Source: Eledone cirrhosa
Taxonomy: Eukaryota
DNA length: 64,000 bases
Assembly: GCA_964016885.1 (NCBI GenBank)
Contig: OZ024743.1
Span: 82,956,001 to 83,020,000, forward strand
Direction of reading: 5' to 3'
Notes under the pieces: model-generated
The model's database searches: none
Seen by the model: the letters and a program-made list of their open reading frames with translations, nothing else
What the model was told of the DNA's origin: nothing
Position numbers and translations under genes: made by a program
Shown: piece by piece, positions 53,075 to 64,000 of the stretch
How the letters are laid out: the number at the start of each line of letters is the position of its first letter
Numbering within the stretch: position 1 is the first letter of the stretch

Positions 53075-54235
53075 ATGGAGGACGTTAAACACTTGGACAT
53101 TTCTAACTCACCTGTTTCTACCAATATAGATACAATTAGACAGACATACAGTGATGAGAAACCTTTACTTAGTGAAACATGTACTGAACAAGGATTATTA
53201 CACAGAAATATTCCTGAATATAGCTGTGATGTTTGTTGGAAAACTTTCTCATCAGAAAATGATGTATCCACTCACAAACACACACATACTAAAGACAAAC
53301 GGTTCTACTGTGAAATATGTGGGAAATCTTTCACTTGTAAATCCCTTCTTGTTATACACATACGTAGTCATACTGGAGAGAAGCCCTTCCACTGTGAAAT
53401 ATGTGGCAAATCTTTTGTCTCTAACAGTGATTTATCTAAACACAAAAGAACACACACTGGAGAAAAACCCTTCATCTGCGATATATGTAGTAAATCATTC
53501 ACTAATAAATCTTATCTTGTTGAACACATACGTACTCACACTGGAGTAAAACCCTTCCACTGTGAAATATGTGGGAACTCTTTTGTCAGAAACAGTGATT
53601 TAAAGACCCACAAAAGAAGTCACACTGGAGAAAAACCTTTCCGTTGTGAAATATGTGGAAAATCGTTTATTGAAAGTTCTAATCTTGTCAGGCATATACG
53701 TACTCACACTGGAGAAAAACCTTTCAACTGTGAAATGTGTGAGAAATCTTTCGCTGAGAAAACTTATCTTGCCAGACACATACGTAACCACACCGGAGAA
53801 AAACCCTTTAACTGTGAAATGTGTGAGAAATCTTTCACTGAGAAATCTTATCTTGTTAGACATATACGTACTCACACTGGAGAAAAATCCTTCCATTGTG
53901 AAATATGTGGAAAATCTTTCACTGAGAAATCTGATCTTGCTAGACATATACGTACTCACACTGGAGAAAAATCCTTCCATTGCGAAATATGTGGAAAATC
54001 GTTTGTCATGAGCAGTAATTTAACATCACACAAAAGAACACACACTGGAGAGAAACCCTATCACTGTGAAATATGTGAGAAATCTTTCGTCATAAGCAGT
54101 GATTTAATTAGACACAAAAGAACACACACTGGAGAGAAACCTTTCTATTGTGAAATTTGTGAGAAATCTTTCACTCAGAATTCTACGCTTGTTAGACACA
54201 AAAGAACACATACTGGAGAAAAACCTTTCCACTGA
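53075..54235 (+). CDS. Tandem C2H2 zinc-finger protein (12 complete fingers, TGEKPF linkers)
   Basis: Repeated C-x2-C-x12-H-x3-H with 84-bp periodicity. No KRAB/BTB/ZAD domain recognised. A possible splice acceptor (..CACAG, ~53037) lies upstream, so the true start is uncertain. Confidence 0.92.
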   Translation: MEDVKHLDISNSPVSTNIDTIRQTYSDEKPLLSETCTEQGLLHRNIPEYSCDVCWKTFSSENDVSTHKHTHTKDKRFYCEICGKSFTCKSLLVIHIRSHTGEKPFHCEICGKSFVSNSDLSKHKRTHTGEKPFICDICSKSFTNKSYLVEHIRTHTGVKPFHCEICGNSFVRNSDLKTHKRSHTGEKPFRCEICGKSFIESSNLVRHIRTHTGEKPFNCEMCEKSFAEKTYLARHIRNHTGEKPFNCEMCEKSFTEKSYLVRHIRTHTGEKSFHCEICGKSFTEKSDLARHIRTHTGEKSFHCEICGKSFVMSSNLTSHKRTHTGEKPYHCEICEKSFVISSDLIRHKRTHTGEKPFYCEICEKSFTQNSTLVRHKRTHTGEKPFH

Positions 54236-54744
54236 GAAATATGTGGGAAAACCTTTGTCAGTAGCAGTAATATAAATAAACACAAACTAACACACACTGG
54301 AGGGAAACATTTTCACTGTGAAACATGAGACACCCTACTTCTTACAAATCTAAATTCATTGTGCACGAACAACATGAGGAAACCTTTAATAGTTCTACAG
54401 ACTTCAAACATTGCTTATCATTTTTTACATTATATTTTTAGTTGGAATTTAATTCTTGTTCATATCTATTCCTTGTCTTCGTTAAGTCATTTTTAATGTA
54501 TGCAAGAAATTTTAGCAGTTTTTTTCTTTTGCCAACCCCAACATTCTCTGTTGTGTAATTAAGGAACCCTCTATCACCTAAGGTAATGCCATGTCTTCTC
54601 TTGTCTTGCAAATTTTAATGGGTAACTGTCTTTTTTTTATTGAATTAGTTTTTTATAATTCATTATATAAACAGCAGCGAAACCTGGGCACTCTGCAGAG
54701 AACCCGCAAAGAAATGAAGCCTCCATGCTTCGATGGATGTGCAA

Positions 54745-56330
54745 TAATAATATACGTGAACAGCAAAACATAAATGAACTGCGAGAGAAAATAAGCATAA
54801 GAGGGATCAAATGCAGTGGGCAGGAGAGGAGATTACATTGATATGGACATGTGAAGCATATGAAGGATGACAGCTGTATAAAAGGTGCTGAATCCTCAAA
54901 GTTAATGGAAGCTATGGAGTGGGTAGGCCTAGGAAGACTTGGGATGAGGTAATAAAAGCTGACTTTGCACAATTACATCTCGCTAAGGTGGTGACACAGG
55001 ACTGTGATCTCTGGTTCTATGCAGTATTGCAGAAGACCTGCCCTCCATACACATGAACTGAGGTATATATCTAGTATGCAGCACCTTCCCTACCATCACC
55101 CCTCCCATATACCTCCATTGTTGTAATCATCTCACCCCTATACCTACCTCCCCAATTCTCCAGGCATCTTCGCGACCCCCACACCACCCAAGTTCCCAAC
55201 CCATAATAAATGTCACCAGTCCACACTGTAAAGTGGTTGTTTAGGTGTCATGATAAAAAACACCCAGCCCATACTGTAAATGTGGTTGGCAGTATGAAGG
55301 ACATCCAGCCATAGAAACCAAGCCAAAATCAGTGGTGTGTGAGTGAAACACAGTCCTTCAACCTGGATCTCTCACAATGGGGCAGCCTGTCCTACCCATG
55401 CTAGTGTGGAAAATGACATTAAATGTTGATGATGATGATCTGTAACCTTACTCTAAAGACCCTTCAAAGGAACCCTCTTTTGGCCACATGTATTCTCAGT
55501 TGTATTCTTTCAGTCATTACCCAAAATTCATGTCCATAGGCTAGAGTTGGCATGAATACCTTATTGAGATAGTGAGTTTGGCTTTTATACCTACCTCTTT
55601 CCTTTCAATGACAGAATCCTGAAGAAGTTGGTGCATTACTGCACCAGCTCCTGTAATTCTTGCACTTAATACAACATCCTGCCTTCCATCACTCATGATC
55701 ACAGCCCCAAGATACTTGAATTTCTCTACCTGCTTCAATGGAACTCTACTCACATGTAGTGCACTGTGCAAGCTTCCTTGAGAAGATGAGTGTCACAGTC
55801 TTCACAGCACTGATTTTCATTCCTGTCATGCTGCACTCAGCAACAAACCTATCAAGTGCAATTCAGAGATCAGTAACACCATGTTGAGTTAAGTAATGCC
55901 ATGTCATCTGCAAATTCTAGCCAACTGATTTTACACCACTTCCAACCCACATGTCAATCCAGTTATAAAAATGGTGACAGTATACATCCTTGGCAGAGTC
56001 TGACACCCACATTAAATGTTTTTGACTTAGCATCATTTGTAGTAACATTACATGATAGTGTAGCTCAGAGATGAGAGTCACTCTAGGTAGAGCCACTACT
56101 TCTCTGAATGGAGAGATCACAGCTCTGATACTATGAACATATGGTTAGAATGTCTCAGGAAGAATAGCTGGGCAGATTTTACAGACAAAATCAACTAGTA
56201 GGAGACCCAGGAGTAGACCATAAGTACAATGGTTGGATAACATACTTGAGCTTGGTTGGTCTTGCTTAGTGATCCAGCCAGATCAATTAGATGTGCTTGA
56301 GGACGCTGCTCCCATGACCCTCCCAGGAAT
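54745..56330. mobile_element. Decayed RTE-type LINE fragments and an associated short repeat
   Basis: RRLHxYGHV..GRPRKTW (+, 54760-55030); QVEKFKYLG (-, 55540-55920); 56060-56330 is homologous to 61735-62035. Confidence 0.65.
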
Positions 56331-56600
56331 AATTTTGCAAAAGATTATTTATATCTGAATCCATATATTGTTAACAAAAGAGTTATATTTGAGGAATTTG
56401 TCAAGTCTGTGATTGCAATCTTTCATCATTTTCCCATTGAAATTTCTCAACACCATATATAATAATTGTTTCTACTTTTGGCACAAGGCCAGCAATTATC
56501 CCAGTGTATTACTGGTACTTTATTTTATCGACCTCGTAAGGATGAAAGTCAAAGTTAACCTCGGCGGGATTTGAACTCATACCGTAAAGGGCCATAACTC

Positions 56601-58136
56601 CACCGTGTAACAAAAAAAATGTTCTCTGTTCCTGGCTTGTAATCACTTTTTTTGTGTTGCTTAGGTCCCAAATAAATAAAAAAGTACTATTAAACAGTTA
56701 AAAGTTTGGGTTTGTAAAAATTCTAAGTTATTCATTAGAATTATTTGTATGCTGGATTTTACGTTGTATATAAGTTTAATTTGCTTATGTTAAATGATTT
56801 TTTTATATATGTTTCAGGTTAAATTAAAATTATAAAATAAAGAGTAATACCTAAAGCAAATTATACAAGTGCAGTAAAGTATAAAATTGTTAAAAAGTGG
56901 ATTAAAGAGATTTATTGATACTGGATTTTTGCACCCTGAATAAAGGGTAAGTTGTGTTTTAAACATTCGTCTCCAGGATGAAGCAGTAGAAGTTGGTCAA
57001 GGAGGAAGTGCAGGTGACAAGTCAGAGAAGTCGACACAAACCTTTCTCAGGCTTTTACACTCTTAGGGATGGCCTCTGCTTCTGCCATGACGTGCCTGGA
57101 CTGTTTGACATTATTGGTGTGCCTTTTGTGCCCAAGGAGTGGCAGCTATTTATAGACAGCTCCACCACAAGTTTGAAGGCTGTCCTCCTCCACAATGGAA
57201 ACAAGTTCCCGACCACTACAAAAGAAAGAACTGGGAGCAGCGAACAGAATGTGTAGTTGGGACCCGGAACGTCATGTGGGAGCCACTGGTTGATCCCAGG
57301 ATTGTGCTCATGCCGCCACTGCACATTAAGTTGGGGTTGATGAAGCAGTTTGTGAAGGCTCTCAACCAAGAATCAGCCGCTTTTAAGTACCTTCTTGAGT
57401 TCTTCCCCAAGTTATCTGAGGCCAAAATCAAAGGTGGAATCTTTGTTGGACCTCAGATAAAGAAGGTGTTTGAGTCTACCGAGTTCTCCAATAAGCTCAA
57501 TAGGATTGAGAGAACAGCATGGAACTGTTTCAAGGCAGTTGTTAAGGGCTTCCTGGGCAACTACAGAGCTGAAAACTACCAGCAACTGGTGCAGGATCTG
57601 ATAAAGGCTTTTGGCGCCATGGGATGCAGGATGTCGCTTAAACTCCATATGCTGGACACTCACCTGGAAAAATTCAAGGACATTATGGGCGCCTACTCAG
57701 AAGAACAAAGCGAACGATTCCACCAAGATGTGAAAGAGATAGAGCGGATGTACCAGGGCCGCTACAGTGAAAAAATGATGGGGGACTATATCTGGGGGCT
57801 AGTGCGGGAATGCGACCTGGACTACAACCACAAATCCAGGAAATCCAGTAATTTCTGACGTGTATAAGTTGCTTTATAAGTGTTATTTGTTTTTACTTGT
57901 TTGCTTTTGATAAGCTTGTGTAATAAAATAAATATATACTCTGTTGATTTAATTATATGAACTGATAGATTTTTTTAAATGTGTTTTTTCTTGAAAAATA
58001 TGAAAATTTCGAAATATCAAACTCCTGACCACAAACCCAAACTTCTGATTAAATAATAGTGTTTTTTTATAATAATGGGATAACAAACCATGAAATGACA
58101 CTTAGAACCGGGGAACAAAAAATATGTTACGCGGTG
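56601..58136 (+). mobile_element. Second Chapaev3-like DNA transposon copy, inserted into a SINE
   Basis: Same TIRs; 3-bp TSD CTC. SINE halves at 56460-56600 and 58137-58195 join seamlessly. Transposase C-terminus is open to 57858. Confidence 0.88.
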
Positions 58137-59277
58137 CTCTTTGCTGCAAAGCATCGTGTCCAACCCTTAACCGATACTGCCAATCCACTGCCCTTATAAT
58201 AATTGTTTCTACTTTTGGCACAAGGCCAGCAATTACCCAGTGCATTACTGCGTCCGACCCTCTACCGATACAGCCAAATATCATCTTGTAAGTAGTTTTA
58301 ATACATCCTAACACAAACACATCAGTGGTATTTAAAATATTTAAAATTCTGGCTAACTTCATTATTTATAAAACTGAGGGTCATGGGGATAGAGTCCTCA
58401 AGCACACCTTCCAGTGGGTCCTCTTAGAAGCAACAGTCTCTCATTGATCTGACTGGATCCCTAAGCAAGACCAACCAAAGCAAATATTCATATATTTCAG
58501 TTTTATAAATAATTGTTTCTACTATTGGCACAAGGCTAGCAATTACCCAGTGCATTACTGGTACTTTATTTTATCGACCCCGTAAGGATGAAAGGCAAAG
58601 TCAACCTCGGCGGGATTTGAACTCAGATCGTAAAGGGACGTAACTATGCTGTTAATGAGTTAATGTTTTGACAATGTCACTGACACCCCAATGTAAAGTA
58701 ACAAGAAAACTTAAAATTAAAACTTAGTCACTGAAAAACAAAGCAGGAAATCAATTCAGTAATGGACAAATGTCAATAATGATGGAAATAGTGTTGAATG
58801 TATTTCATTTTTGGAGTCCAGATTTGGTAAGCCAGATATACCAGGATTACCAGATATATGAAGAATAAGACAAACTGGGAAATATCTGTTTTGATAAATT
58901 AATGTTCTGTATAAAAGAAACCCTATAGTTTATGTTGATTTACTGACATGGGGAAGTCATTAAGGATAAGAATGATATTTTTAAGATATAATTACGTAAA
59001 TGCTCAGCATTTGACGTGCAGGATTAAATATATGAGTAAATTTTGAGAAAATATATTTACAAGGACAAATGTAGGGTTAGAACCCAGGACCTTGTGATTG
59101 GAAAAGGAATTTTTAGTAAAATCATTGTTTTATATTTTAAAGTGTCACAGATAAATATATATATATATATATATATATATTCATCTGTAGTTTCAGAAGA
59201 TCCCGTTAAGGGTGAAAGCAGCGATTCTTTGCTTAAACTTTAATCTGTTATTTTAATAAATATATATATATATATAT

Positions 59278-59341
59278 ATAGTTTTAATATAGATGAGATT
59301 CTACAGGACTAGTCCTGTAGAATTTCATCTATATTAAAACT
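59278..59341. repeat. Palindrome centred on the HHR stem III sequence of the 43970 family
   Basis: AGTTTTAATATAGATGAGATTCTACAGGAC-TA-GTCCTGTAGAATTTCATCTATATTAAAACT; the right arm matches 44004-44035. Confidence 0.85.
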
Positions 59342-60789
59342 TTTATGCTCTGCAATGTATTGAGTACCTTACTTACTGTGGTTACCTCCGACTCAACCCG
59401 GAATAACGTACCTTTTAGCACTCTCTGTTATATATATATATATATATAGTGGTAGAACACTGGAACGTAATATCCGTAGTGGTAGAGCACTCAGTCTATG
59501 GGACGAGTTAGGTAGAAGTGGTTACACAACAGTTAGTTCACCATTCCGAGAACAATTGTTTCACCTTAGCGGATCCTCAGCTCGTAATGGACATAGTTAT
59601 ACAGAACAGGAAGGACAACCGTACGAACGCGCATGCGCAGAAACGGTCACTTCACTCAGGCAATACTAAATTGCGTGCGAGAGGTGTAAGGGAGATAACT
59701 GCGAAAGTTTCTAGTTGATAAGAAAATTAGGATGTTGTAATTCAATCCGGAGCTTTGTAGTTATGTAAGAGGTGTTTCCAGACGTGTGAAGAATTCATTT
59801 CTTGAGTTTAGGCAATTGCTATTGCGTAATCTCTAGGATATTTATTCATTCATCAATACATAGTCCACACGACGGATTGCCCCTTGCGTATGGCTTGGAC
59901 TTAGTGATGGCTTTCCATTGAATAGAGTAGTCTATACTTGAGTCCTTGAGGGACCATACGTGGATAAACGTCTGTCCGGGTACCTAAAAGTTGACTGATG
60001 GTTCAGGAAGCGTTCCTTAAATCGGCCCTACGCCATACCCACATAGGATATATATATATATCATTTAACATTTATGTTTCTATGCTTGTGTGGGTTAGAT
60101 GGGTTGTCATGGTATGAGACAAGTCAGGTCAAGTGACCACATCTTGCTGATACAGATCTGTATTTTGGCTTGAGTTCTACTGCTGGGTACCCTTCCTAAC
60201 ACCAACCACATTGCTTTTTATCATGGTTCCGAAAACAACCACAGGTGTTTTTTGTCATGTCACGCACCTTACAGAGTGGTCTGGGTGCTTTTTATCATGT
60301 CACAAACATAACCAACTAACAGAGTTGACTGGGCACTTTTTGCTGTCACCAACATGACCACCTTATAGGGTGGACTAGGTGTTTTTTGTTGTTGTGGCCC
60401 CAGATCAGCATACATAGTGGGCTTCGTGCTTTTTGTTGTGGCAACAGCATTGTGGAAGATCAGGTATAAAGCATGTCCAGCTTTCATGCCTGGGTTGGGG
60501 AGGAGAGGTGTATTAGGGGTGAGAGTTTAGAGGGACGAGGTACATGGAATATTTTGCTGGGGAGGTGTAGGTAGATGATTTACACAAACTATTGTCTTTT
60601 ACATGTTTATTTCATTCTGTGCACATGAGAAGGCAGATCTTCTGCAGTATTGCATAACACCAGAGCCCTTGATCCTGTATCATCTTTGAGAGGTTTAATT
60701 GAGCAAAGTCAGCTTTTATCACTTCATCCCAAGTTTTCCTAGGTCTTCCTCTTCTACAGTTTCCATCAAGGTTATATATTTATATATAT

Positions 60790-61402
60790 ATGAACGGCAA
60801 AGCATAAACAAATTGAGAGAGAGACTGAACATAAGAGGAATAAAATGGCATGTGCAGGAGAGGCGGTTGCGTTGGTATGGACATGTAATGCGTATGAAGG
60901 TTGACAGCTGCATAAAAAGGTGCAGAGCACTAGAAGTCGAGGGAAACCGCGGAGTGGGGAGACCGAAGAAGACCTGGGATGAGGTGATAAAAGCCGACCT
61001 TACCCAATTACACCTCTCAAAGGCAATGGCACATGACCGTGACCTCTGGCGTCCCGCAGTAATACAGAAGACCCCCCCACAGGTACAAGCCGAAGCTGAA
61101 GCATATAGACAATATGCCCCCACACCCTCCCACTGCAAAGTGGTCGTGGAGGAGCCACGGCAAAAAAGCACCCAGCCCACACTGTAAAGTGGACTTGTAG
61201 GCGCCACGGAAAAAAGCACCCAGCACTCACTGTAAATGACGTTGGTGTTAGGAAGGACATCCAGCTGTAGAAATCAAGCCAGAATCAGTTCCCATATGAG
61301 CAAGGCATGGTCAGCCAACCGGCTACTGCCCACAACAGGACAACCCGTCTAACCCATGCTAGCGTGGAAGAACGGACATAAAACGGTGATGATGATGATG
61401 AT
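60790..61402 (+). mobile_element. RTE LINE 3' fragment with (GAT)n-tailed 3' region
   Basis: LRERLNI..VQERRLRWYGHVMRM..GRPKKTW..DRDLWR; homologous to 54760-55440. Confidence 0.75.
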
Positions 61403-63033
61403 ATATATATATAAATCAGGATGGTTTCAGTTATAAACTGGTTATACCATTACTCACCAGAGTACTCAACATATGGGGTAGTAGAGTATGGTTATATTAT
61501 AAAGAGTCAGGAACCCGACGGCTGAGCTCTTGCTGTTTCAACAACCTGTTCCAGACTGATTGCCAAAGGCCTTGGCAGTTAACTGGCTATATCATCAGGA
61601 GGAGTTGTTTCTCCATATAAGGGCATACATTGATTATCCAATTGTAACTTCTCTCCACATAAGAATTTTTTTATGGTGAGGGAGTTGGGTAATAACCGAA
61701 AGAATACGATCACAAAGTGGTCAAAGTGTGTAGTTCGGAGATCAGAGAGTCACTCCAGGTTGAGCCGCTACTTCTCCAAATTGAGACATCACAGCTCTGA
61801 TACTATGGACCTGTGGTTAGAATGTCTCAGGAAAGAATCACTGGACAGATTTTACAGGCAAAACCAACTGGTAGGAGACCCAGGGGTAGACCCGAGCAAG
61901 ATGATTGGATAAAATCCGTGAGCTTAGCTGGTCTTACTGGGAGATCCAGCCAGATCAGTTGGAGACGGTTGCTTCTGACAGGACCTAGAAGGAGTGTTTG
62001 AGGACCCTGGCCCCATGACTCTCCCAGGATTAAGTGGGCAAAGAAGAAGAAAGAGTTGTGTGTGGTCGTGTGTATAGATATCTGGCTTAGTGAGTGTTTA
62101 TATGTATGTGTGCATCTATATGCTCATCTAAGTGCATTTGGCTGGTAAACTTGAGATAGAATAACCATGAGAGGGTTCAGAAATATATTTATGGAGAAAA
62201 TATGTTAGGGTTTGTGTGTGTGAGTATGTCTGCTCCTAGGTATGGTTGTCTTGACCTTCAGATCAACAGTCACCAACCATTGGTCTGCGGACCACTGGTG
62301 GTCCAAGAGAAAATGTTGAAGGTCTGCAGAAAAATGTGGACATTATTTGCAATGTTTATATTTTATTAATAATAAAACCTAAATAATATTCGGTTAAAAT
62401 ATATTTTATAACACCTCTAAAAAATGTTTCTCCTCAGTAAAGAACTAACATCCATGAAAGAATTTTACACATATTTATCATCTATCGACAATATGTCACA
62501 CGCTTCAGTATTGTTTGATAAAATGGAAGTTCTCTGATAATATTTCTCTGATAATATTGGTAGAGCGTCAGACACCATGCTTTGCAGCATAGAGTTATGG
62601 CACTTTACGTTCTGAGTTCAAATCCTGGACATTCTCCATGCAATGAACCCTTCTCAATACGAAGCCACATTGTGTAAGCTAGGGGCTAGTAGCACCCCAG
62701 TTTTAGAGGCAGGCACTCTCCACGCAGTGAACCCTTCTAAATACGAAACCAAATTGTGTGAGCCTGCGACTAGGTGGCACCAGTATCCGGCATCAGATCT
62801 GTTGTCTGTATTATTGGTCAACACTGATAGTGTTGACCAATAAGACTACCTGTATTATCAGAAATAATCCGATAATACAGGCAGTCTGATATTGTTGATT
62901 AGTGCATTTTATTGTAGCAATAACACTAGGGAAGTTGTCAAGTCCTTGGCAGAGCTGAACAATCATCTCTTGACCTTTTGTTTGGCAGGTTTTCTACAGC
63001 TGGATGACCTTCTTATCACCAACCACTTTGTAC

Positions 63034-63141
<108 letters not shown>

Positions 63142-63528
63142 ATGAATATAAAATGAAAGTGCTTTTATAAAGGAATTTATTAGGTATTGACATATGTTTC
63201 TGTAACAGACGGAATACCTATGTATCGCTGCTTGCGTAATCATATAATGTTAGCAAGTATTCGATAGCAAATGTATAATCAGTTGTCATTTCTTCAGAGA
63301 TATTGGATAAGTTGGAAAAAATCAGAAAAATTGAAGTATTTATATTAGTTGTAAGAAGGAAGAAGAGAGGGGATAGTATATGACAGATGGCAATTCAATT
63401 TACTGGTAAACAAGTATATAGAAGGTTTTTAATGAGAATACAATGAGTATATGGCTTATTTTATCTAAATAAGAATTTTTGGGAGTGCCTATTTTAATCT
63501 ATATTTCAATCAGCATGTTGATTTTCAC

Positions 63529-64000
63529 AATCAGTATGTTGATTTTGGTATGGTCCGAAACAGCTGAGTTTCGGTGGATCAGATATTTGGAAGTCATGGG
63601 TTTGGCATAATGGGAATGGAGGATTTGTTTTTGGTTATTAATGGTATCTAACCAGAGCTCTGTGTCTAGTACAGGTAATCGATGGTTGGGGTGTTTGCTT
63701 GGGTAGTCTATAGTAACTCTAATACTCTGGTGGATGGAGTTAGCTATTTGCTGGATGCTTTCCATTGTGTTTTTCTCTAATTCCTGACTGTTCTGTTTGT
63801 TCTCTAGTGGGGGTGTTTTAACTACGATGTTTATATCATCAACGTAGCGGGAGTACATTATCAGGGTTAAGGGGTTTTCTAATTGTTCTTTAAGTTTAAG
63901 TTTAAGTCTACAGTCCTATCATACCATGAATAGGTTAGCTATGTCGCCTGCAATGCTAACACCAATGGCTGCTCCCTCCTCTTCGGCATATGTTTTTCGG
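63529..64000 (-). mobile_element. RT fragment of the same PLE family as 35140-39395; runs off the window end
   Basis: YSRYVDDINIVVKTPP..HTKINILI is near-identical to ~37685-38155. Confidence 0.92.

Noticed and set aside
54370-54420. SECIS element downstream of the ZNF TGA codons
   Set aside because: ATGA..AA..GA is present but the helix pairing is poor; not convincing by eye.

Overview
Repeat-saturated animal genomic DNA. It is most likely a cephalopod (Octopus-like), inferred from the HCEICGKSF-type C2H2 array, the tRNA-derived SINEs and the microsatellite load; this is not proven. Only one host-type gene is visible, a C2H2 zinc-finger ORF with 12 fingers (53075-54235). The rest is mobile DNA: a full-length Tx1-like L1 with two intact ORFs sitting in a (GATA)n tract, a decayed relative of it, CR1, RTE and Vingi-like fragments, two Chapaev3-like DNA transposons (one carrying a Helitron, one inserted in a SINE), and many Penelope-like elements (PLEs) of several lineages. 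The most striking layer is not in the ORF track: about 20 type-I hammerhead ribozyme (HHR) motifs read by eye. Many have palindromic stem III, a nearby AATAAA/ATTAAA and an adjacent (TA)n, and there are recurrent non-canonical cores (U3-A8 compensatory; C4). Several lie in small non-coding tandem or fold-back units that resemble retrozymes. All folds were done by eye, nothing was tested, and boundaries of decayed elements are approximate.
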